Part shown: positions 53,355 through 64,000 of the stretch, one piece after another | How positions within the stretch are numbered: the stretch's first letter is position 1 | How the letters are laid out: each line of letters opens with the position of its first letter | Source of the DNA: Eledone cirrhosa | Lineage: Eukaryota | Length of the DNA: 64,000 nt | Assembly: GCA_964016885.1 (NCBI GenBank) | Contig: OZ024742.1 | Span: 18,786,001 to 18,850,000, forward strand | Reading direction: 5' to 3' | The notes under the pieces: model-generated | What the model saw: the letters and a program-made list of their open reading frames with translations, nothing else | Databases searched by the model: none | Told to the model about the DNA's origin: nothing | Position numbers and translations under genes: made by a program

Positions 53355-54611
53355 TATATTCTGTTAAGTGTTGTAACACTTACCTTAACTCCTGGCTCTG
53401 ATTAATAATAGGTTTTCGAACAATGTTCTTAACCTTCTTCTGAAGACTTAATCTGTCACCTGGTTTAAGTGACCACCAGGAACATGGGTGCTATTAGCAG
53501 AGCACCCTGTGTTGCACTCATTTGGGATATGTTTCCTAAGAATAACTGCCGTTGTTTCCCCCCCATGCATTTTCAGGTTCTATAAGGCATTGATTTCTCT
53601 TAAACTTAGAGATTAAATTTCCTTATAAAATACACACAATTTAATGAGTTACTACATGAATGAATGACTATAAAATAATTAGAAAAACACTAAAAATATT
53701 TAATAAGGGAAAAGGAAGGGAAAAGCAAGGGTTCCAGGGCCACAGAAGAATTGGAGGGGAAAGCGAGAGGGGTGGGCACTAGGACTATGGTGCGGCGGTG
53801 TTGGGGCTGTACCCAGTGCTCGTCACTTTTCTCTTACTTAAGTCTTTGAACCTTATAGTGTACAATGGGGTTCTCGTCGCTCAGGAAGCGAAAGGTAGAG
53901 CAAAAGAAGAAAATGTAGCGTGCGACGAAATCCACATTCAATTCTTTGCACTGCCTATACGTAAAAAAAAGAATTTTTTTAAACGATACCCTAAAGCCCC
54001 TTTTTTACTTTGCCTTTAAATATGTCATTTTGTTTATAGTTGGAAGGAAATACCTAAGACTTGCAATGACCTCTCTAGTGCAACATCTCAACAAAAGAGC
54101 TACTGCGATGTATGTATTGTCATGCTAACTTAATATTTTGTTGACGTCGCAGAAATGTTTGAATTAGGTTAATAAGATCAGGTACGTAACTGTAACAATG
54201 AATCGGTTAATTTGTATTCTTACGATCAGAAACGTAAATCAAAGTTTAGCTTCATTTCATTGTATTGGGATTTTCCCCAAGATAAAAGCGTCTGGATATT
54301 AGGCAGTTATTAGTAAAAGATAATACCTTTCTATTGTCTGAGAAAATACAGTGGAACGTAGCAAGACAGAGAGTAGCAATATCTTTTGTTTACCCAAAAT
54401 ATCCTCTAATGACATGCAATTGTCGGCTAATTAATCAACACTATTTTCTTCACGATGGATAATTATATGAAAATAATACTCTGTAAGTCAGTAGATTGAC
54501 TAAAATCGTTAGAGCATCGGATGAAATTCTTGCGTTATTTGTACGTATTTTTTTGCATTCTGAGTTCAAGTCTGACCGAGATCAACTGTGATTTCCATAC
54601 ATGCATGCATC

Positions 54612-54935
54612 GTCCCGTAACTTATGGGGCAGTCGTAACAGCACAGTATTGAGATATGGTGTTTCTAGGGCATTTTAAAACCTAGCGGAGCCCGTCTCTT
54701 CTCCAGATCTGAACATAGAAGATTTCTTCCAAATAAGGATAGAGTGAGAGAGAATTGAAGCAAGAAAGAGATATAGAGGAAGTGTCGACCCCAATACTTT
54801 ACTGGTACTTGTTTTTATCGATTTCAAATAGATGAAAGACAAAGTTAACCTCGGTCAGATTTGAACTCAGAGTACAGAGAGTCGAAACGAACACCATCAA
54901 GCATTCTATCCGACGTCCTAACAACTCTGCCATTC
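54612..54935 (-). mobile_element. Long-tailed family A SINE whose 5' head runs into the satellite
   Basis: Core CTGGTACTT..ATCGA..GATGAAAG.CAAAGTTAACCTCGG, B-box reverse complement GATTTGAACTC, head reverse complement CATTCTATCCGACGTCCTAACAACTCTGCCA. Confidence 0.85.
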
Positions 54936-57900
54936 CATCCAACGTCCTAACAACTCTGCCATTCTATCTGACGTTCTAACAACTCTGCCATTCTATCCAA
55001 CGTCCTAACAACTCTGCCATTCTATCCAACGTCCGAACAACTCTGCCATTCTATGTGACGTTCTAACAACTCTGCCATTCTATCCAACGTCCTAACAACT
55101 CTGCCATTCTATCCAACGTCCTAACAACTCTGCCATTCTATCTAACGTCCTAACAACTCTGCCATTCTATCTGACGTTCTAACAAATCTGGCATTCTATC
55201 TAACGTCCTAACAACTCTGCCATTCTATCTAACGTCCTAACGACTCTGCCATTCTATCTAACGTCCTAACAACTCTGCCATTCTATCCAACGTCCTAACA
55301 ACTCTGCCATTCTATCTGACGTTCTAACAACTCTGCCATTCTATCTAACGTCCTAACAACTCTGCCATTCTAGCCAACGTCCTAACAACTCTGCCATTCT
55401 ATCCAACGTCCTAACAACTCTGCCATTCTATCTGACGTCCTAACAACTCTGCCATTCTATCTGACGTTCTAACAACTCTGCCATTCTATCTAACGTCCTA
55501 ACAACTCTGCCATTCTATCTGACGTTCTAACAACTCTGCCATTCTATCTAACGTCCTAACAACTCTGCCATTCTATCCAACGTCCTAACAACTCTGTCAT
55601 TCTATCCAACGTCCTAACAACTCTGCCATTCTATCTGACGTCCTAATAACTCTGCCATTCTATCCAACGTCCTAACAACTCTGCCATTCTATCTGACGTT
55701 CTAACAACTCTGCCATTCTATCCAACATCCTAACAACTCTGCCATTCTATCTGACGTTCTAACAACTCTGCCATTCTATCCAACATCCTAACAACTCTGC
55801 CATTCTATCCAACGTCCTAACAACTCTGCCATTCTATCTGACGTTCTAACAACTCTGCCATTCTATCCAACGTCCTAACAACTCTGCCATTCTATCTGAC
55901 GTTCTAACAAATCTGCTATTCTATCTGACGTTCTAACAACTCTGCCATTCTATCCAACATCCTAACAACTCTGCCATTCTATCTGACGTTCTAACAACTC
56001 TGCCATTCTATCCAGCGTCCTAACAACTCTGCCATTCTATCTGACGTTCTAACAACTCTGCCATTCTATCCAACGTCCTAACAACTCTGCCATTCTATCC
56101 AACGTCCTAACAACTCTGCCATTCTATCTGACGTCCTAACAACTCTGCCATTCTATCTGACGTTCTAACAACTCTGCCATTCTATCTAACGTCCTAACAA
56201 CTCTGCCATTCTATCTGACGTTCTAACAACTCTGCCATTCTATCCAACGTCCTAACAACTCTGCCATTCTATCTAACGTCCTAACGACTCTGCTATTCTA
56301 TCCAACGGCCTAACAACTCTGCCATTCTATCCAACGTCCTAACAACTCTGCCATTCTATCTGACGTCCTAACAACTCTGCCATTCTATCCAACGTCCTAA
56401 CAACTCTGCCATTCGATCCAACGTCCTAACAACTCTGCCATTCTATCCAACGTCCTAACAACTCTGCCATTCTATCTGACGTTCTAACAACTCTGCCATT
56501 CTATCCAACGTCCTAACAACTCTGCCATTCTATCTAACGTCCTAACGACTCTGCCATTCTATCCAACGTCCTAACAACTCTGTCATTCTATCCAACGTCC
56601 TAACAACTCTGCCATTCTATCTGACGTCCTAACAACTCTGCCATTCTATCCAACGTCCTAACAACTCTGCCATTCTATCTGACGTCCTAACAACTCTGCC
56701 ATTCTATCCAACGTCCTAACAACTCTGTCATTCTATCCAACGTCCTAACAACTCTGTCATTCTATCCAACGTCCTAACAACTCTGCCATTCTATCTGACG
56801 TTCTAACGACTCAGCCATTCTATCCAACGTCCTAACAACTCTGCCATTCTATCTAACGTCCTAACGACTCAGCCATTCTATCCAACGTCCTAACAACTCT
56901 GCCATTCTATCCAACGTCCTAACAACTCTGTCATTCTATCCAACGTCCTAACAACTCTGTCATTCTATCCAACGTCCTAACAACTCTGCCATTCTATCTG
57001 ACGTCCTAACAACTCTGCCATTCTATCCAACGTCCTAACAACTCTGCCATTCTATCCAACATCCTAACAACTCTGCCATTCTATCTGACGTCCTAACAAC
57101 TCTGCCATTCTATCTGACGTTCTAACAACTCTGCCATTCTATCCAACGTCCTAACAACTCTGCCATTCTATCTGACGTCCTAACAACTCTGCCATTCTAT
57201 CCAACGTCCTAACAACTCTGCCATTCTATCTGACGTTCTAACAACTCTGCCATTCTATCCAACGTCCTAACAACTCTGCCATTCTATCTGACGTTCTAAC
57301 AACTCTGCCATTCTATCTAACGTCCTAACGACTCTGCTATTCTATCCAACGGCCTAACAACTCTGCCATTCTATCCAACGTCCTAACAACTCTGCCATTC
57401 TATCTGACGTCCTAACAACTCTGCCATTCTATCCAACGTCCTAACAACTCTGCCATTCTATCTGACGGTCTAACAACTCTGCCATTCTATCCAACGTCCT
57501 AACAACTCTGCCATTCTATCTGACGTTCTAACAACTCTGCCATTCTATCCAACGTCCTAACAACTCTGCCATTCTATCCAACGTCCTAACAACTCTGCCA
57601 TTCTATCTGACGTTCTAACGACTCTGCCATTCTATCTGACGTCCTAACAACTCTGCCATTCTATCTGACGTTCTAACGACTCTGCCATTCTATCTGACGT
57701 TCTAACTACTCTGCCATTCTATCTGACGTTCTAACAACTCTGCCATTCTATCCAACGTCCTAACAACTCTGCCATTCTCTCTAACGTCCTAACGACTCTG
57801 CGATTCTATCCAACGTCATAACAACTCTGCCATTCTATCTGACGTCCTAACAACTCTGCCATTCTATCTGACGTCCTAACAACTCTGCCATTCTATCTGA

Positions 57901-60900
57901 CGTTCTAACAACTCTGCCATTCTATCCAACATCATAACAACTCTGCCATTCTATCTGACGTTCTAACAACTCTGCCATTCTATCCAACATCCTAACAACT
58001 CTGCCATTCTATCCAACGTCCTAACAACTCTGCCATTCTATCTGACGTTCTAACAACTCTGCCATTCTATCCAACGTCCTAACAACTCTGCCATTCTATC
58101 TGACGTTCTAACAACTCTGCCATTCTATCCAACGTCCTAACAACTCTGCCATTCTATCCAACGTCCTAACAACTCTGCCATTCTATCTGACGTCCTAACA
58201 ACTCTGCCATTCTATCTGACGTTCTAACAACTCTGCCATTCTATCCAACGTCCTAACAACTCTGCCATTCTATCTAACGTCCTAACGACTCTGCCATTCT
58301 ATCCAACGTCCTAACAACTCTGCCATTCTATCCAACGTCCTAACAACTCTGCCATTCTATCTAACGTCCTAACAACTCTGCCATTCTATCTGACGTTCTA
58401 ACAAATCTGGCATTCTATCTAACGTCCTAACAACTCTGCCATTCTATCTAACGTCCTAACAACTCTGCCATTCTATCCAACGTCTTAACAACTCTGCCAT
58501 TCTATCTGACGTTCTAACAACTCTGCCATTCTATCTAACGTCCTAACAACTCTGCCATTCTATCCAACGTCCTAACAACTCTGCCATTCTATCCAACGTC
58601 CTAACAACTCTGCCATTCTATCTGACGTCCTAACAACTCTGCCATTCTATCTGACGTTCTAACAACTCTGCCATTCTATCTAACGTCCTAACAACTCTGC
58701 CATTCTATCTGACGTTCTAACAACTCTGCCATTCTATCTAACGTCCTAACAACTCTGCCATTCTATCCAACGTCCTAACAACTCTGCCATTCTATCTGAC
58801 GTTCTAACAACTCTGCCATTCAATCCAACGTCCTAACAACTCTGCCATTCTATCTAACGTCCTAACGACTCTGCCATTCTATCCAACGTCCTAACAACTC
58901 TGTCATTCTATCCAACGTCCTAACAACTCTGCCATTCTATCTGACGTCCTAATAACTCTGCCATTCTATCCAACGTCCTAACAACTCTGCCATTCTATCT
59001 GACGTTCTAACAACTCTGCCGTTCTATCCAACATCCTAACAACTCTGCCATTCTATCTGACGTTCTAACAACTCTGCCATTCTATCCAACATCCTAACAA
59101 CTCTGCCATTCTATCCAACGTCCTAACAACTCTGCCATTCTATCTGACGTTCTAACAACTCTGCCATTCTATCCAACGTCCTAACAACTCTGCCATTCTA
59201 TCTGACGTTCTAACAACTCTGCCATTCTATCCAACGTCCTAACAACTCTGCCATTCTATCCAACGTCCTAACAACTCTGCCATTCTATCTGACGTCCTAA
59301 CAACTCTGCCATTCTATCTGACGTTCTAACAACTCTGCCATTCTATCTAACGTCCTAACAACTCTGCCATTCTATCTGACGTTCTAACAACTCTGCCATT
59401 CTATCCAACGTCCTAACAACTCTGCCATTATATCCAACGTCCTAACAACTCTGCCATTCTATCTGACGTCCTAACAACTCTGCCATTCTATCTGACGTTC
59501 TAACAACTCTGCCATTCTATCCAACGTCCTAACAACTCTGCCATTCTATCTAACGTCCTAACGACTCTGCCATTCTATCCAACGTCCTAACAACTCTGCC
59601 ATTCTATCCAACGTCCTAACAACTCTGCCATTCTATCTAACGTCCTAACAACTCTGCCATTCTATCCAACGTCTTAACAACTCTGCCATTCTTTCTGACG
59701 TTCTAACAACTCTGCCATTCTATCTAACGTCATAACAACTCTGCCATTCTATCCAACGTCCTAACAACTCTGCCATTCTATCCAACGTCCTAACAACTCT
59801 GCCATTCTATCTGACGTTCTAACAACTCTGCCATTCTATCTAACGTCCTAACAACTCTGCCATTCTATCTGACGTTCTAACAACTCTGCCATTCTATCTA
59901 ACGTCCTAACAACTCTGCCATTCTATCTAACGTCCTAACAACTCTGCCATTCTATCTGACGTTCTAACAACTCTGCCATTCAATCCAACGTCCTAACAAC
60001 TCTGCCATTCTATCTAACGTCCTAACGACTCTGCCATTCTATCCAACGTCCTAACAACTCTGTCATTCTATCCAACGTCCTAACAACTCTGCCATTCTAT
60101 CTGACGTCCTAATAACTCTGCCATTCTATCTGACGTTCTAACAACTCTGCCGTTCTATCCAACATCCTAACAACTCTGCCATTCTATCTGACTTTCTAAC
60201 AACTCTGCCATTCTATCCAACATCCTAACAACTCTGCCATTCTATCCAACGTCCTAACAACTCTGCCATTCTATCTGACGTTCTAACAACTCTGCCATTC
60301 TATCCAACGTCCTAACAACTCTGCCATTCTATCTGACGTTCTAACAACTCTGCCATTCTATCCAACGTCCTAACAACTCTGCCATTCTATCCAACGTCCT
60401 AACAACTCTGCCATTCTATCTGACGTCCTAACAACTCTGCCATTCTATCTGACGTTCTAACAACTCTGCCATTCTATCTAACGTCCTAACAACTCTGCCA
60501 TTCTATCTGACGTTCTAACAACTCTGCCATTCTATCCAACGTCCTAACAACGCTGCCATTCTATCTAACGTCCTAACGACTCTGCCATTCTATCCAACGG
60601 CCTAACAACTCTGCCATTCTATCCAACGTCCTAACAACTCTGCCATTCTATCTGACGTCCTAACAACTCTGCCATTCTATCCAACGTCCTAACAACTCTG
60701 CCATTCTATCCAACGTCCTAACAACTCTGCCATTCTATCTGACGTCCTAACAACTCTGCCATTCTATCTGACGTTCTAACAACTCTGCCATTCTATCTAA
60801 CGTCCTAACAACTCTGCCAATCAATCTGACGTTCTAACAACTCTGCCATTCTATCCAACGTCCTAACAACTCTGCTATTCTATCCAACGTCCTAACAACT

Positions 60901-63900
60901 CTGCCATTCTATCTAACGTCCTAACAACTCTGCCATTCTATCTGACGTTCTAACAAATCTGGCATTCTATCTAACGTCCTAACAACTCTGCCATTCTATC
61001 TAACGTCCTAACAACTCTGCCATTCTATCCAACGTCTTAACAACTCTGCCATTCTATCTAACGTCCTAACAACTCTGCCATTCTATCCAACGTCCTAACA
61101 ACTCTGCCATTCTATCCAACGTCCTAACAACTCTGCCATTCTATCTGACGTCCTAACAACTCTGCCATTCTATCTGACGTTCTAACAACTCTGCCATTCT
61201 ATCTGACGTCCTAATAACTCTGCCATTCTATCCAACGTCCTAACAACTCTGCCATTCTATCTGACGTTCTAACAACTCTGCCGTTCTATCCAACATCCTA
61301 ACAACTCTGCCATTCTATCTGACGTTCTAACAACTCTGCCATTCTATCCAACATCCTAACAACTCTGCCATTCTATCCAACGTCCTAACAACTCTGCCAT
61401 TCTATCTGACGTTCTAACAACTCTGCCATTCTATCCAACGTCCTAACAACTCTGCCATTCTATCTGACGTTCTAACAACTCTGCCATTCTATCCAACGTC
61501 CTAACAACTCTGCCATTCTATCCAACGTCCTAACAACTCTGCCATTCTATCTGACGTCCTAACAACTCTGCCATTCTATCTGACGTTCTAACAACTCTGC
61601 CATTCTATCTAACGTCCTAACGACTCTGCTATTCTATCTGACGTCCTAACAACTCTGCCATTCTATCTGACGTCCTAACAACTCTGCCATTCTATCCAAC
61701 GTCCTAACAACTCTGCCATTCTATCTGACGTCCTAACAACTCTGCCATTCTATCTGACGTTCTAACAAATCTGCCATTCTATCCAACGTCCTAACAACTC
61801 TGCCATTCTATCCAACGTCCTAACAACTCTGCCATTCTATCTGACGTCCTAACAACTCTGCCATTCTATCTGACGTTCTAACAACTCTGCCATTCTATCC
61901 AACGTCCTAACAACTCTGCCATTCTATCTAACGTCCTAACGACTCTGCCATTCTATCCAACGTCCTAACAACTCTGCCATTCTATCCAACGTCCTAACAA
62001 CTCTGCCATTCTATCTAACGTCCTAACAACTCTGCCATTCTATCCAACGTCTTAACAACTCTGCCATTCTATCTGACGTTCTAACAACTCTGCCATTCTA
62101 TCTAACGTCCTAACAACTCTGCCATTCTATCCAACGTCCTAACAACTCTGCCATTCTATCCAACGTCCTAACAACTCTGCCATTCTATCTGACGTCCTAA
62201 CAACTCTGCCATTCTATCTGACGTTCTAACAACTCTGCCATTCTATCTAACGTCCTAACAACTCTGCCATTCTATCTGACGTTCTAACAACTCTGCCATT
62301 CTATCTAACGTCCTAACAACTCTGCCATTCTATCCAACGTCCTAACAACTCTGCCATTCTATCTGACGTTCTAACAACTCTGCCATTCAATCCAACGTCC
62401 TAACAACTCTGCCATTCTATCTAACGTCCTAACGACTCTGCCATTCTATCCAACGTCCTAACAACTCTGTCATTCTATCCAACGTCCTAACAACTCTGCC
62501 ATTCTATCTGACGTCCTAATAACTCTGCCATTCTATCCAACGTCCTAACAACTCTGCCATTCTATCTGACGTTCTAACAACTCTGCCGTTCTATCCAACA
62601 TCCTAACAACTCTGCCATTCTATCTGACGTTCTAACAACTCTGCCATTCTATCTAACGTCCTAACAACTCTGCCATTCTATCTGACGTTCTAACAACTCT
62701 GCCATTCTATCCAACGTCCTAACAACTCTGCCATTCTATCTAACGTCCTAACGACTCTGCTATTCTATCCAACGGCCTAACAACTCTGCCATTCTATCCA
62801 ACGTCCTAACAACTCTGCCATTCTATCTGACGTCCTAACAACTCTGCCATTCTATCCAACGTCCTAACAACTCTGCCATTCTATCCAACGTCCTAACAAC
62901 TCTGCCATTCTATCTGACGTCCTAACAACTCTGCCATTCTATCTGACGTTCTAACAACTCTGCCATTCTATCTAACGTCCTAACAACTCTGCCATTCTAT
63001 CTGACGTTCTAACAACTCTGCCATTCTATCCAACGTCCTAACAACTCTGCCATTCTATCTAACGTCCTAACGACTCTGCTATTCTATCCAACGGCCTAAC
63101 AACTCTGCCATTCTATCCAACGTCCTAACAACTCTGCCATTCTATCTGACGTCCTAACAACTCTGCCATTCTATCCAACGTCCTAACAACTCTGCCATTC
63201 TATCTGACGTTCTAACAACTCTGCCATTCTATCCAACGTCCTAACTACTCTGCCATTCTATCTGACGTTCTAACAACTCTGCCATTCTATCCAACGTCCT
63301 AACAACTCTGCCATTCTATCCAACGTCCTAACAACACTGCCATTCTATCTGACGTTCTAACAACTCTGCTATTATATCCAACGTCCTAACAACTCTGCCA
63401 TTCTATCTAACGTCCTAACGACTCTGCCATTCTATCCAACGTCCTAACAACTCTGTCATTCTATCCAACGTCCTAACAACTCTGCCATTCTATCTGACGT
63501 CCTAACAACTCTGCCATTCTATCCAACGTCCTAACAACTCTGCCATTCTATCTGACGTTCTAACAACTCTGCCATTCTATCCAACATCCTAACAACTCTG
63601 CCATTCTATCTGACGTTCTAACAACTCTGCCATTCTATCCAACGTCCTAACAACTCTGCCATTCTATCCAACGTCCTAACAACTCTGCCATTCTATCTGA
63701 CGTCCTAACAACTCTGCCATTCTATCTGACGTTCTAACAACTCTGCCATACTATCTAACGTCCTAACGACTCTGCTATTCTATCTGACGTCCTAACAACT
63801 CTGCCATTCTATCTGACGTTCTAACAACTCTGCCATTCTATCCAACGTCCTAACAACTCTGCCATTCTATCCAACGTCCTAACAACTCTGCCATTCTATC

Positions 63901-64000
63901 TGACGTCCTAACAACTCTGCCATTCTATCTGACGTTCTAACAACTCTGCCATTCTATCTAACGTCCTAACAACTCTGCCATTCTATCCAACGTCCTAACA
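54902..64000. repeat. 29-bp satellite (about 313 units, continues beyond window end)
   Basis: Unit CATTCTATCCAACGTCCTAACAACTCTGC with variants CTGACGTTC, CTAACGTCC and CTGACGTCC. Phase is preserved. Confidence 0.98.

Noticed and set aside
54902-64000. CRISPR array (29-bp repeats)
   Set aside because: No spacers, no cas genes, eukaryotic context. It is a head-to-tail satellite.

Overview
Eukaryotic, AT-rich, repeat-dominated window with no recognisable host gene. The repeat repertoire (abundant tRNA-derived SINEs, (TA)n/(CA)n/(GA)n microsatellites, Penelope, RTE, Dong/R4, Tx1) resembles an octopus/cephalopod genome (inference). It opens with a 78-bp minisatellite (1-5213) and ends with at least 9 kb of 29-bp satellite. 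That satellite is visibly amplified from the Pol III A-box region of the adjacent SINE. The centrepiece is an apparently intact, full-length L1/Tx1-clade LINE (about 31735-37430, minus strand). Its ORF2 has no ATG, and consensus splice donor/acceptor signals sit in the 5' UTR and at the ORF1/ORF2 junction. Also present: two truncated R4/Dong-like (RLE) LINEs, a Penelope GIY-YIG remnant, several (TA)n-embedded short elements carrying type I hammerhead ribozyme motifs (all confident ones on the minus strand), about 30 SINE copies whose 3' tail resembles the R4/Dong 3' UTR, MITEs, Helentron-like fragments and a 200-N gap. Most short ORFs in the supplied track are microsatellite or antisense artefacts. 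All calls were made by eye without database searches, so boundaries of degraded repeats are approximate.
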